From Betaproteobacteria bacterium (GTDB lineage Bacteria; Pseudomonadota; Gammaproteobacteria; Burkholderiales; Rhodocyclaceae): a stretch of DNA of 64,000 nucleotides. Both the position numbers and the translations under genes were made by a program. Under the pieces are notes generated by a model. The model searched no databases and had not been told where the DNA came from. It saw only the letters and a list, made by a program, of their open reading frames with translations. Positions 9,607 through 19,358 of this stretch are shown piece after piece. The stretch lies in the NCBI GenBank assembly GCA_009777925.1, contig WRKX01000001.1, positions 216-64,215 on the forward strand. The letters are read 5' to 3'. Every line of letters starts with the position of its first letter. Positions within the stretch are counted from its first letter, which is position 1.

Positions 9607-10591
9607 CTTTTTGCACCTCTTTCGCAGTTTCCAAATAATCCGCTATAGCTTTCGCTACTATATAAGCAAGCATCGGCGGCACCGCATTCCCTATCTGCGA
9701 GACGCTTGCTGTTTTCGCGTGAGCAAATTTGAAGTCATCGGGGAAAGTCTGGATCCTCGCGCACTCACGAACGGTCAACCGTCGGTCTAATGAATAGTGG
9801 AACTGAACTCTCGACTTCGGGTTTGCCCGTATAGTGTAGGCGGGCAGGTCTTTCTTATTACTCTCGTCGCCTTGGCCATTACCTTTTTTAGCGCGGGAGG
9901 CTCCGAAATATTGACTCTGGTTTGGCACACTATCGTCCGTCACCTCTACCAAATCACCGATAGCCCACTCAACACTCCTGTGTTTACCTACAAATTCAGG
10001 CTTTGGCATTTCGGGAAATCCGTGACGCCCATAAATGTCGTTCCTCACGCAGATTATGAATAATCTTGTTCTCCTTTGTGGAACGCCATAATCAGGCGCG
10101 AACATCTTCCAAACCTCGACTTTATACCCAGTTTTAGCGAGGTCAGTTTTAATGGTTTTCAAGACCTCGCCGTTTTCCATGCGTTCAAGGTTGATGACGT
10201 TTTCGCCAATAACAATAGCTGGTTTGTGCTTTTTCATGTATGTGATAAGCGTTTGATACAATCTCCCACGCTCAGACTCCAGACCGCCCAAGGGTCCGCA
10301 AGACGAGAATTCCTGACAAGGAAACCCGCCAATAAGCACCTCTGCCTTTGGAACGGTATTCAAGGCAACTGTAGCGAGTTCTTGGACGATAGCGTGTCCC
10401 TCTCCAAAATAACCGTTATAAGTTTCAACGCATTGCGGCTCATTGTCATATGCAGCTTGGATTGCGAATGGTAGTCGTTTGTAGTCTTCATCGTGGTATC
10501 TAAAGTCACCGCGGAAGCCCAAATCGAAACCACCACATCCGCAAAAGTACGAAACCACGGAATATGCCGGTTTCTGTTTGTTCGTAGCCAT
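9599..10591 (-). CDS. dcm: DNA (cytosine-5)-methyltransferase
   Basis: m5C methyltransferase motifs are present: FCGCGGFDLGF (I), GGFPCQEFS (IV), GENV (VI), QRRTRLFI (VIII) and GNAVPP (X). Confidence 0.93.
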   Translation of the reverse strand: MATNKQKPAYSVVSYFCGCGGFDLGFRGDFRYHDEDYKRLPFAIQAAYDNEPQCVETYNGYFGEGHAIVQELATVALNTVPKAEVLIGGFPCQEFSSCGPLGGLESERGRLYQTLITYMKKHKPAIVIGENVINLERMENGEVLKTIKTDLAKTGYKVEVWKMFAPDYGVPQRRTRLFIICVRNDIYGRHGFPEMPKPEFVGKHRSVEWAIGDLVEVTDDSVPNQSQYFGASRAKKGNGQGDESNKKDLPAYTIRANPKSRVQFHYSLDRRLTVRECARIQTFPDDFKFAHAKTASVSQIGNAVPPMLAYIVAKAIADYLETAKEVQKDA

Positions 10592-10634
10592 ACTGATACC
10601 TCAATTTCTCAATATCCTTCGCATACTATCGCCA

Positions 10635-12029
10635 TCACCCAAGCTTCGGCAGTTTTGCCAACGATTTTTCCACCGCTTCCGCCGGGTATTCGTAGTCTTC
10701 CAGTTTGCCGGAAAAATAACGCTCGAATGAACTCATGTCGAAATGCCCGTGTCCGGTAAGGTTGAAGAGAATGACCTTCTCCTCGCCGGTCTCCTTGCAC
10801 TTCAACGCTTCATCAATGGCTACGCGAATGGCGTGACAGGCTTCCGGCGCGGGGATAATTCCCTCGCAACGCGCAAACTGCGTTCCGGCCTCGAAGGTTG
10901 TCAGTTGCGACACGGCGACCGCTTCAATCAATCCCGCGTTATAGAGTTGCGACACATGCTGCGAAGCGCCGTGATAACGCAACCCCCCCGCGTGAATGCC
11001 GGCAGGCACAAAATCGTGTCCAAGGGTGTACATCTTCACCAGGGGCGTAAAGCCGGAAGCGTCGCCAAAGTCGTAGGTATAACGTCCCTTGGTGAGGCTG
11101 GGGCAGGAACTCGGCTCAACCGCGATTGCGCGAAGATTTGACGCTCGCTTGTCACCCGCCGCCTTGTCGCCCAGAAACGGCAAGGCAATGCCGCCAAAAC
11201 TGGAACCGCCGCCGCATGGCGCAATCACGATGTCCGGGTAAAGCCCGATCTTGTCGAGTTGCTTTTTCGCCTCCAACCCGATAATGCTTTGGTGCACAAC
11301 GACATGGCTCAACACGGAACCAAGCGAGTAATTGGTATCGGCTCTCCCCGCCGCTTCCTCCACCGCCTCGGAAATGGCGATGCCGAGCGATCCCGGCGTA
11401 TCCGGCATTTCGGCCAATATCCTGCGTCCGCATTCGGTCAGGGAGGAAGGACTGGCAAAGACTTCCGCCCCCCAGGTTTGCATCGTCATCCGCCGGTATG
11501 GTTTTTGTTCGTAGCTGACCTTGACCATGTAGATACGCACTTCCAGTCCGAACATCTGTCCGGCCAGCGCCAACGACGAACCCCACTGCCCTGCTCCCGT
11601 CTCCGTAGTCAATCGCTTGATGCCCGCCTCGCGGTTGTAATAAGCCTGCGGTATGGCGGAATTTGGCTTGTGCGAGCCGGTGGGCGACACCCCTTCGTAC
11701 TTGAAGAAAATTTTTGCGGGCGTACCCAGCGCATTTTCCAGACGCACGGCGCGCACCAGCGGACTGGGACGCCAAAGACGGAAAATCTCGCGCACTTCAT
11801 ACGGAATTTCGATCCAGCGTTCCCTGCTCATCTCCTGCTCGATAATCGCGGGAGGAAAAATCGCGCCGAGCTGTTCAGGCCGCGCGGGAGAACCGTCGGG
11901 CAGGAGCGGCGGCGCGGGCGGCGTGGGCAGATCAGCAGCGATGTTGTACCAATGCGTGGGAATTTCGTGGGCTTCAAGCAAAATGCGGGTGGATTCCATA
12001 CAATCACCTTTCAAGGATAGACTACACAA
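10635..12029 (-). CDS. trpB: TrpB-like PLP-dependent enzyme (tryptophan synthase beta chain, TrpB2 type)
   Basis: The sequence ..[17 protein letters not shown].. contains the PLP lysine motif. Further matches: [25 protein letters not shown]. The more likely start is Met11 ([14 protein letters not shown].., base 11999). Confidence 0.85.
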   Translation of the reverse strand: MCSLSLKGDCMESTRILLEAHEIPTHWYNIAADLPTPPAPPLLPDGSPARPEQLGAIFPPAIIEQEMSRERWIEIPYEVREIFRLWRPSPLVRAVRLENALGTPAKIFFKYEGVSPTGSHKPNSAIPQAYYNREAGIKRLTTETGAGQWGSSLALAGQMFGLEVRIYMVKVSYEQKPYRRMTMQTWGAEVFASPSSLTECGRRILAEMPDTPGSLGIAISEAVEEAAGRADTNYSLGSVLSHVVVHQSIIGLEAKKQLDKIGLYPDIVIAPCGGGSSFGGIALPFLGDKAAGDKRASNLRAIAVEPSSCPSLTKGRYTYDFGDASGFTPLVKMYTLGHDFVPAGIHAGGLRYHGASQHVSQLYNAGLIEAVAVSQLTTFEAGTQFARCEGIIPAPEACHAIRVAIDEALKCKETGEEKVILFNLTGHGHFDMSSFERYFSGKLEDYEYPAEAVEKSLAKLPKLG

Positions 12030-12289
12030 AACCGCAATATTATCCCTGTTCAGACAAAAATTTGCTGCTTTATTATACGCGAGTACGGAGGGATTCAGTC
12101 AAAGTCAAGTTCGTAGTGGGAACAGAGGCGAATTAGGCGCAATATGTCTTTGCCTTATTTTTGGCAAAGCAGAACAAGGTCAGGGCGGGTTTGGCAGTCG
12201 CGCAATCCTTTCTTGTCGCTAGTCAGCGCATGATCGCAGTACTTGGTTTCAAGCAAAAAGTACTATCGCTTCATCATTCTAACTCGTTA

Positions 12290-12535
12290 TTTGCGGAAAG
12301 CTATCCAGCAGGAGTTGACTAGCGGCGCGGGGATTGACTTGGTGCGCGGGGATTGACTCGCGCGGCATAGGGGTTAAAAATTTTTAACCCCTACAGCGGC
12401 GAAGCTGGGGTTAGCCACCTTTTCAAAGGGGGTGGCGCGCAGCGCCGGGGGTTTGCAGGTAGCAAGGATTAACTCGCAGCATAGGGGTTGACTAGCAGCG
12501 CAGCCACTCGCGGCGAAGCCAAAAGGATTATTTGC
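12290..12535. repeat. REP cluster between trpB2 and the MmeI-like gene
   Basis: Contains ggggattgac x2, the palindrome ataggggttaaaaatttttaacccctac, and the ttagccaccttttcaaagggggtggcgcgcagcgccgggggtttgc family element. Confidence 0.8.
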
Positions 12536-12540
12536 AGGAA

Positions 12541-15500
12541 TTATCGTTCAACGAGCTTTTTATAACGCTCCATCAATGCCGCAACTATCTCGGCCTCGGT
12601 CATGTCTTTGGCGAAGCCGTAGAGTTTCATCACGGCGCGGTCAAGGTTGTTATGGGCTTTGAGAAGATTCGGCGGCATGGTCAATGGGTCGTAGAGATCG
12701 GCAAGACTGCTGTCAGGAAACAACGCCCTTGCGTCAAGAATTGCCTGCGCCAGCTTTTCAATGTTCGCCTTTTGCTCATTACTCGCATCCGGCCAGGGGA
12801 AATTGTTGTAGACAATATCCTTTGAATAGCGATAACGCATTTCCAAACGCCCGCAAACCGCCCGCATCCAGGCCATATGAACGCCGCCGGTGAGAATGGC
12901 GAAATGGTACAAAGTTGATTCGGGTATCAAGAAAAGCAGGTCGCTGGCAATGGTTGTCGCTGAAACAAAGCCTATCGGGACATAGCTACGACGTTCCGAT
13001 GAAACCTTCGGCACGACAATATAATCCAGCTTGGATGTTGCCTGCTCCCGAAACAACATAGGCGTTGCCGCAAGTTTTCGTCTGCCTGCGTCCGGGCTGT
13101 TTTCACGGTCTTTTTTGCAGGCCGCGATTCGCTTCATGACCTCCGGCATACGCCGCAAATCTTCCGGCGGAACTCCCAGAAGCCATAAACACCAGCGCTT
13201 CTTGTTGTTGATGAATTCCTCCGAACCCATAAACCTGCGGATGTGCTTTTCAGACAGAGGATCAGCCTTGATGAAATTCGCCAAATCCTCGTCCTCAATG
13301 ATTAGATGACCGCCATCGGCAGGACGATTGCCCGTCAGCATCGGCGGTATATCGCAAAGCGGCGTCTTTCGGCTCTCCACAAAAATATCCGGCGCGTCCA
13401 AAAGATACGGATTGATGTTTCGCGCGGGAATTCTTGTCCCGTCGCTGTCGTAAATCACGCGGTCGCGGTCAGTCGGCGAACCCTTGGCTGCTGCGTAAGA
13501 GCCTGACAAATCCTTGGCTGCCCCGTCAAAGTCTGGCAAACCCCCGACGGCATCATTAGAACCGGACAAACCCCCGACGGCTTCGCCGCCACCCCCTTTG
13601 AAAAGGGGGCTTAAGACCGCCGCCTCTCTGAAGTCGCCGCGTTGCGCGGAATGTGAGATGGGGCTTGAAACCTTCTCTCCCTTGGCTGCGTTGCGTTGCG
13701 TGGAATGTGAGAGTAGGCTTGGGCTGAATCCCACAATCACGCAATGGACAGCGGCTTTGCCCTTGGCTTCATTGCTCCATTTGAAAGTCCTATAGCAGAA
13801 GTCAATCCGCACGCCAAACATCTCAAACAGCGGCTTCCACACAGCCGCGACCTGCTCCCCCTGGGTAATGGAATTCGTGGAGACAAACGCGGCTCGAATC
13901 GCCCCCATTTGGCTCAAACCATTAGCCTCAAAGCTGGCGGGGGTTTCGCCCCCTTTCAAAAGGGGGTGGCGCGTAGCGGCGGGGGTTTGTCGGTCTGCGG
14001 CATTATCGCCGTTTGCAAGTCTGCCAGGAGTTCGCCCGACCATATACTCCGCCGCCTTGTAATACCAGGCCGCGACATAATCTATCTTTCCGGCATTTTT
14101 GAACGGTTTACCGCTTCCATCCACATAAACCGACAAAATATCAGCCTTCTGCTCCTCGCTCTGATTAGAATAACCAACAAACGGCGGATTACCCAGAATG
14201 TAAGACAACTCATGTTTCGGCACGACTTCCTCCCAATCAATCCGCAAGGCGTTGCCATGAACAATCGTCGCGCTCTGCGTCAAGGGCAGCCTGGCGTAGT
14301 ACTGCCCAAACTGCTCGGATACACGCAAATTCATCTGGTGATCCATAAGCCACATCCCCACCTCTGCTATCTGACAAGGAAAATCCTCACTCTCAATCCC
14401 ATAAAACTGCCCGACATTCACCTTCAGCATGGAGGCAATATCCAACACCTTTTGCCCGCCCGCCTTCATCCGTAAAACCTCAAGCTCAAGACGACGCAAC
14501 TCCCGATACGCGATAATCAAAAAATTACCGCACCCGCAAGCAGGGTCAAGAAACTTCAATCCGGCTATCCTCTCATGAAAACCCTCAAGCAAAATCGGAC
14601 TGGCCTTCACCCGCTCAAACTCCAACCATAAATCATCCATGAACAACGGCTTGATGAGCTTCAGGATATTCTCCTCGCTCGTATAGTGCGCCCCCAACTC
14701 CCGCCGCTGGCCTTCGTCCATCACCCCCTGAAACATCGCGCCAAAAATGGCGGGGGAAATTCCCCCCCAATCAAAACGACAACACTCAAGCAAGATCGCC
14801 CGCATCTTCGCGTTAAACTCAGCCATCGGCAACGTCGCGGAAAACAAACCGCCATTGACATAACAAAACGCCTTCAAGTCTTCCGACAACAATCCCCGCT
14901 TCGCCCGCGTCCCATCCCCCATGTTTAGAACGTCAAACAGCTTGCCTATCCTGGCGGATAAGTCGCTGCCGTCCGGCTTCGAATTCTCCACATAATCCAG
15001 AAATTTCTGACGCGGAAAAATCCCCGTATCATCAGCAAACAGACAAAACAACAAACGGACAAGATATACCTCCAAATCATGCCCTTCATAACCATACGAT
15101 TTCAAAGCGTCATGCAGCTTCGCCATCTTGCCGGCGGCGACTACATTTACGGCTTCCTGATCCTCAATATCGCGGGACGCCTCATACCCGGCAAGAGCGG
15201 CAAAACGGCGAACATGCCTGTGCAAATCTTTCGTCCTGAACTGCTTTTTCTCCCCGGTGGCGCGACGATATAAAAGTATGGTCTCAAAATCAGAAACCAT
15301 GATGAGATCAGGAATCTTGTCGGCATCCAGATGAATCACATAATCCTTGGCTTGCGCCAGGGCTTCCGCCAGATTCCTGCCCCGGCTCTTCATCTCGACG
15401 GCTATTTTCTTCGCCCAGAAATAATCCATGAAACCACGCCCGCCCTCGCGTCGGGCGCGCTCCTCAAAACGCCCCACAGAAGCGGCATCCTCAATGCCAA

Positions 15501-15618
15501 ATACCGCCAGAAAATCCCGCACAAAACTCTGCGCTTCAGACTTTTCGTCCCATCCATCCCGCCAACGCTTCGCAAAAGCAAGCGCGTTCGCCTGTATCAC
15601 CTCCCAGCCTGGCCGCAT
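12541..15618 (-). CDS. Type IIL (MmeI-like) bifunctional restriction endonuclease / N6-adenine DNA methyltransferase
   Basis: 1025 aa. The MmeI-type N-terminus is present (MRPGWEVIQANALAFAKRWRDGWDEKSEAQSFVRDFLAVFGI) with a D..ExK nuclease motif (MDYFWAKKIAVEMKSRG). Methyltransferase motif I is LDPACGCGNFLI and motif IV is GNPPFVG. The conserved AAFVSTNSITQGEQV and KGKAAVHCVIVGF blocks are also present. It contains two REP-derived in-frame inserts (see findings). Confidence 0.85.
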   Translation of the reverse strand: MRPGWEVIQANALAFAKRWRDGWDEKSEAQSFVRDFLAVFGIEDAASVGRFEERARREGGRGFMDYFWAKKIAVEMKSRGRNLAEALAQAKDYVIHLDADKIPDLIMVSDFETILLYRRATGEKKQFRTKDLHRHVRRFAALAGYEASRDIEDQEAVNVVAAGKMAKLHDALKSYGYEGHDLEVYLVRLLFCLFADDTGIFPRQKFLDYVENSKPDGSDLSARIGKLFDVLNMGDGTRAKRGLLSEDLKAFCYVNGGLFSATLPMAEFNAKMRAILLECCRFDWGGISPAIFGAMFQGVMDEGQRRELGAHYTSEENILKLIKPLFMDDLWLEFERVKASPILLEGFHERIAGLKFLDPACGCGNFLIIAYRELRRLELEVLRMKAGGQKVLDIASMLKVNVGQFYGIESEDFPCQIAEVGMWLMDHQMNLRVSEQFGQYYARLPLTQSATIVHGNALRIDWEEVVPKHELSYILGNPPFVGYSNQSEEQKADILSVYVDGSGKPFKNAGKIDYVAAWYYKAAEYMVGRTPGRLANGDNAADRQTPAATRHPLLKGGETPASFEANGLSQMGAIRAAFVSTNSITQGEQVAAVWKPLFEMFGVRIDFCYRTFKWSNEAKGKAAVHCVIVGFSPSLLSHSTQRNAAKGEKVSSPISHSAQRGDFREAAVLSPLFKGGGGEAVGGLSGSNDAVGGLPDFDGAAKDLSGSYAAAKGSPTDRDRVIYDSDGTRIPARNINPYLLDAPDIFVESRKTPLCDIPPMLTGNRPADGGHLIIEDEDLANFIKADPLSEKHIRRFMGSEEFINNKKRWCLWLLGVPPEDLRRMPEVMKRIAACKKDRENSPDAGRRKLAATPMLFREQATSKLDYIVVPKVSSERRSYVPIGFVSATTIASDLLFLIPESTLYHFAILTGGVHMAWMRAVCGRLEMRYRYSKDIVYNNFPWPDASNEQKANIEKLAQAILDARALFPDSSLADLYDPLTMPPNLLKAHNNLDRAVMKLYGFAKDMTEAEIVAALMERYKKLVER

Positions 15619-16454
15619 CGATCATCCTCCTTGCAAGATTCCCCATTGTCCGCCACAGACCGCAATATATCAAGCCCTGTTTTTCGTTTGGGCGACACCA
15701 ACATCTCCTGACACGCCGTCAGAAAACCGCGCAGGATATTGATCTCATCCTTTTCCAGATCGGCGCGGGCAAAAAGGCGGCGAAGTTTGGGCATGAGGCG
15801 TCTTGGTCGTTCGGGATGGATAAAGCCAGTCTCGCGCATGACGCTCTCCAGATGCCCGAAAAAATCCTCCTTCTCCCTCTGGGTCGCGGGCAAGGACGAA
15901 AACGGCGTAACGACAGAAGCCGCTTCCGGCAGCATCGCCTCCGCGGCTTGCCGCATTTCATAAGCCATAATCTGAACGGCGGCGGCAAGATTGAGCGAAC
16001 TATATTCGGGATTGGCGGGAATAGTGGCGATTCGCTGACAACGCTGCAAGTCGTTATTGGAAAGCCCCGCCGCCTCGTTGCCAAATAAAAGCATTGCCTC
16101 TCCGCCTCTCGCAACGTGCGCCATGATTTCTTCGGCGGCGGCGCGAGCCGTCAGGATCGGCGGCCCCAAATCCCGCGCGCGGGCGGAGACGGCAACGCAA
16201 AAGGTGGATTCAGCCAGGGCTTCGTCCAGACTCATGCAAACCCTCGCCGTCAGAAGCAGGTCTGCCGCGCCGGAAGCGAGAGCCTCCGCCTCCGTTGAAG
16301 GAAAGTGTTTCGGCTCGATCAGGGTCAGACGACCAAACCCCATCGTTTTCAGGGCGCGCGCCGCCGAGCCGATATTGCCGGGATGGCTGGTTCGGGAAAG
16401 GGCGACGGTTACACGGTCAAGCACGGTATTCCGGTTCATATTAAAATGCCGCAT
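15597..16454 (-). CDS. trmJ: tRNA (cytidine/uridine-2'-O)-methyltransferase TrmJ (SpoU family)
   Basis: Contains ..LSRTSHPGNIGSAARALKTMGF.. and ..LLFGNEAAGLSN..IPANPEYSSLNLAAAV... It is divergent from suhB, as in E. coli. Its 3' tail overlaps the MmeI-like start by 22 nt. Confidence 0.85.
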   Translation of the reverse strand: MRHFNMNRNTVLDRVTVALSRTSHPGNIGSAARALKTMGFGRLTLIEPKHFPSTEAEALASGAADLLLTARVCMSLDEALAESTFCVAVSARARDLGPPILTARAAAEEIMAHVARGGEAMLLFGNEAAGLSNNDLQRCQRIATIPANPEYSSLNLAAAVQIMAYEMRQAAEAMLPEAASVVTPFSSLPATQREKEDFFGHLESVMRETGFIHPERPRRLMPKLRRLFARADLEKDEINILRGFLTACQEMLVSPKRKTGLDILRSVADNGESCKEDDRCGQAGR

Positions 16455-16508
16455 CCGGCGCTAGCGCCAATTTTGCAAGGTTTGACTTTCAAGGTCTAAC
16501 GATACCCT

Positions 16509-17330
16509 ATGAATCATCGCATCCTCAACATTGCCACTCTCAACATTGCGGTCAAGGCGGCTCGTCGCGCAAGCCAGATTATCAACCGCGCCTCAATGAA
16601 CATCCCGCATCTGGAAGTCGCCAACAAACAGGTACACGATTACGTAACAGAGGTCGACCGCGAGGCGGAAGCGGCCATTATCAGGATTCTTACGGAATCA
16701 TGCCCGGATTTCGGCATTCTCGCCGAAGAATCCGGCGAACATAATACCGGCAAGAGCGAATTTCGCTGGATTATTGACCCTCTGGACGGCACGACAAATT
16801 TTATCCACGGCTTTCCGCAATATGCTGTTTCCATCGCGCTTGCCAAGGGAAACCAGATAGAACTGGGGGTTGTATTCGACCCGACCCGAAACGAGCTTTT
16901 CACTGCCGCGCGCGGACAAGGCGCGTACCTGAACGACAAACGCATTCGCGTTTCCAGCCGTATCAGACTGGACGAGGCTCTGCTCGGAACTGGCTTTCCT
17001 TTCAGGGATTTCACCCATATGGATTCCTATCTCGCCATTTTGCGCGAACTGGCAGAGAAGACTTCCGGCCTTCGCCGTCCCGGCGCGGCTTCGCTTGATC
17101 TTGCCTATGTCGCGGCAGGCAGGCTGGACGGCTTCTGGGAATTTGGCCTTGCGCCCTGGGACATGGCGGCGGGCAGTATCCTGATTACCGAAGCGGGCGG
17201 CCTGGTATGCGATTTTTCCGGCGAGGCTAATTATCTGACCGACGGCAATGTTGTAGCAGGCACGCCGAGAATTTTTCATTCCCTGCTGCAAATCGTGCAG
17301 AATCATCGCCCGAAAACCTTGCAGGCTTGA
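16509..17330 (+). CDS. suhB: Inositol monophosphatase family protein SuhB
   Basis: Contains ..ILAEESG..WIIDPLDGTTNF..HGFPQYAVSIAL.. and ..GAASLDLAYVAAGRLDGFWE.., which are IMPase signature motifs. Confidence 0.9.
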   Translation: MNHRILNIATLNIAVKAARRASQIINRASMNIPHLEVANKQVHDYVTEVDREAEAAIIRILTESCPDFGILAEESGEHNTGKSEFRWIIDPLDGTTNFIHGFPQYAVSIALAKGNQIELGVVFDPTRNELFTAARGQGAYLNDKRIRVSSRIRLDEALLGTGFPFRDFTHMDSYLAILRELAEKTSGLRRPGAASLDLAYVAAGRLDGFWEFGLAPWDMAAGSILITEAGGLVCDFSGEANYLTDGNVVAGTPRIFHSLLQIVQNHRPKTLQA

Positions 17331-17337
17331 TGCGTGT

Positions 17338-17652
17338 TCAGGCTACGGCGTTAAACCCTGTCTTTTTAAGCAGCCGCTGTTTTTCGTCAAGGTCAAGCAT
17401 GGCAAGCTCTTTAGCCAGACGCGAGCGCAGAATTTTCTTTCCCTTGTTTTCCTTCTTTCCCTTGCTGCCATTAAACCATATCAGACGGGACGAGCGGAAC
17501 GCAGCCATCAACTGCTCATGCAGCGAGGGGCTGCCGTCAGGATTGACATCATCGGGCGGCGTAATCCGGCCTGGCTCGACACGCTGAACGGAACGTCGCC
17601 TGTCAATCCATCCCGGCCTGATGCCAAGAGAAACTCTGGAAGTGAGAGCCAT
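17338..17652 (-). CDS. Hypothetical small basic protein
   Basis: A 104-aa ORF convergent with suhB. No recognisable family. Confidence 0.4.
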   Translation of the reverse strand: MALTSRVSLGIRPGWIDRRRSVQRVEPGRITPPDDVNPDGSPSLHEQLMAAFRSSRLIWFNGSKGKKENKGKKILRSRLAKELAMLDLDEKQRLLKKTGFNAVA

Positions 17653-17921
17653 GACGCATAACCTTGTAAACTTGTCTCCTTACATTATGTTATCGGCAAA
17701 ATAACGCAAAACTTTAGCCAAACGGCGTTTTTAGAGCGGTTTTGATTCAAGCGCACACACTTTTTCCCCAAGGGTAAAGTTGTCAAAGCGCGGCAAGCCC
17801 TCTCCCCCGCCCCTCTCCCACTTGTTCCGCTTGCGGCGCAGACAAATGCCGGGAAAGGGTATGTAAAATGTAAGCGCCTTACCCAAAACCGCTCTAACCA
17901 ATTCATTCGCGTTTTCCGCCC

Positions 17922-18401
17922 ATGTTCGCCATCGTCCTTTTCGAGCCGGAAATTCCTCCCAATACCGGCAACATCATCCGTCTGGCCGCCAATACCGGCT
18001 GCGAGCTGCATCTGATCCAGCCGCTCGGGTTTTCGCTGGAAGATAAACAACTTCGCCGCGCCGGACTGGATTACCGTGAATATGCCGAAACAAGGGTTCA
18101 TTCCGATTGGGCTGCCTTACGCGCCGCGCTTTCGGGACGACGCTTTTTCGCCTTGAGCAGCAAGGCCGGACGGCTCTACGACACGGTCGCCTTTCTACCC
18201 GGCGATGTGTTCGTCTTCGGGTCGGAAACGCGAGGATTGCCGCCTGATGTAATGGCGGAAATTCCCCTGCCCCAACGCCTGACGCTTCCCATGCTTCCGG
18301 GAAACCGCAGTCTCAACCTTTCCAACGCCGTAGCCGCCACCGTCTTTGAAGCCTGGCGACAACAAGGGTTTACCGGCTGTCGCGCCTTGAACGATCCTTG
18401 A
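17922..18401 (+). CDS. trmL: tRNA (cytidine34-2'-O)-methyltransferase TrmL (YibK family)
   Basis: The sequence MFAIVLFEPEIPPNTGNIIRLAANTGCELHLIQPLGF..DKQLRRAGLDY.. is typical of the SpoU-TrmD class TrmL. Confidence 0.88.
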   Translation: MFAIVLFEPEIPPNTGNIIRLAANTGCELHLIQPLGFSLEDKQLRRAGLDYREYAETRVHSDWAALRAALSGRRFFALSSKAGRLYDTVAFLPGDVFVFGSETRGLPPDVMAEIPLPQRLTLPMLPGNRSLNLSNAVAATVFEAWRQQGFTGCRALNDP

Positions 18402-18485
18402 TCAAGCCTTGAATTAGCAATTTATTAGCACTCTCCCGCGAAGAGTGCTAAAATGGGGGCTTGTAGTTCATTTCAGGAGTAGCGC

Positions 18486-19355
18486 ATGACCAGTCAAGCC
18501 TTGACTTTCCCTGTTACAACCGCTGTCGGCAACATTGACGCCTATATTCAGTCGGCGCAGCGCGTGCCGATGTTGAGCGAGGAAGAAGAAAACCGGCTTG
18601 CCCGCAGTTTCCGTGAAGACGGCGATGTAGAGGCCGCGCGCAAGCTGGTGCTCTCGCATTTGCGGCTGGTTATTTCCGTGGCGCGTGGCTATCTTGGCTA
18701 CGGCCTGCCCCATGCCGACCTGATTCAGGAAGGGAACATCGGTCTGATGAAGGCGGTAAAACGCTTTGATCCAGCCCGTGGCGTGCGTCTGGTATCGTTT
18801 GCGATTCATTGGATCAAGGCGGAAATTCACGAATTCATCCTGAAAAACTGGCGACTGGTCAAGGTGGCGACAACCAAGGCGCAGCGAAAACTGTTCTTCA
18901 ATCTTCGTAGTCTGAAAAACAAGATGGAGCAGGAGCAGGGATATGGCGAGGCGCATCTGACGCAGCGGCAAATCACGCATATTGCCAAACAGCTTAACGT
19001 CAAGCCGGAAGAAGTGGCGGAAATGGAAAGCCGGATGCACGGGCGCGATCTGGCGCTGGAAGGCGAAGACGATGATGATCGCTACGCGCCGATTGACTAT
19101 CTGGCTGACGCTGCCTATGAACCTGTTCAGGTCATAACCAGACGCGAGCATGAGCGCCTGCAAACGGAAGGACTGGAAGCCGCGCTTAAAGTCCTTGATC
19201 CGCGCAGCCGCCGCATTATCGAAGCCCGCTGGCTGGCGGAAGGAGAAGCATCGACCTTGCACGAACTGGCCGCCGAATTTCAGGTTTCCGCCGAACGCAT
19301 CCGCCAGATTGAAGTCAAGGCGCTGCAAAAAATGCGCGCGCAATTCGCAGCGTAA
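18486..19355 (+). CDS. rpoH: RNA polymerase sigma-32 factor RpoH
   Basis: Contains the RpoH box ..HWIKAEIHEFILKNWRLVKVATTKAQRKLFFNLR... Sigma-70 region 2 (DLIQEGNIGLMKAVKRFDP) and region 4 (LAAEFQVSAERIRQIE) are also present. Confidence 0.93.
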   Translation: MTSQALTFPVTTAVGNIDAYIQSAQRVPMLSEEEENRLARSFREDGDVEAARKLVLSHLRLVISVARGYLGYGLPHADLIQEGNIGLMKAVKRFDPARGVRLVSFAIHWIKAEIHEFILKNWRLVKVATTKAQRKLFFNLRSLKNKMEQEQGYGEAHLTQRQITHIAKQLNVKPEEVAEMESRMHGRDLALEGEDDDDRYAPIDYLADAAYEPVQVITRREHERLQTEGLEAALKVLDPRSRRIIEARWLAEGEASTLHELAAEFQVSAERIRQIEVKALQKMRAQFAA

Positions 19356-19358
19356 TCC

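Noticed and set aside
17685-18101. A 138-aa minus-strand ORF upstream of and overlapping trmL
   Set aside because: It overlaps the conserved N-terminus of TrmL and a REP-type repeat. It has no motifs.
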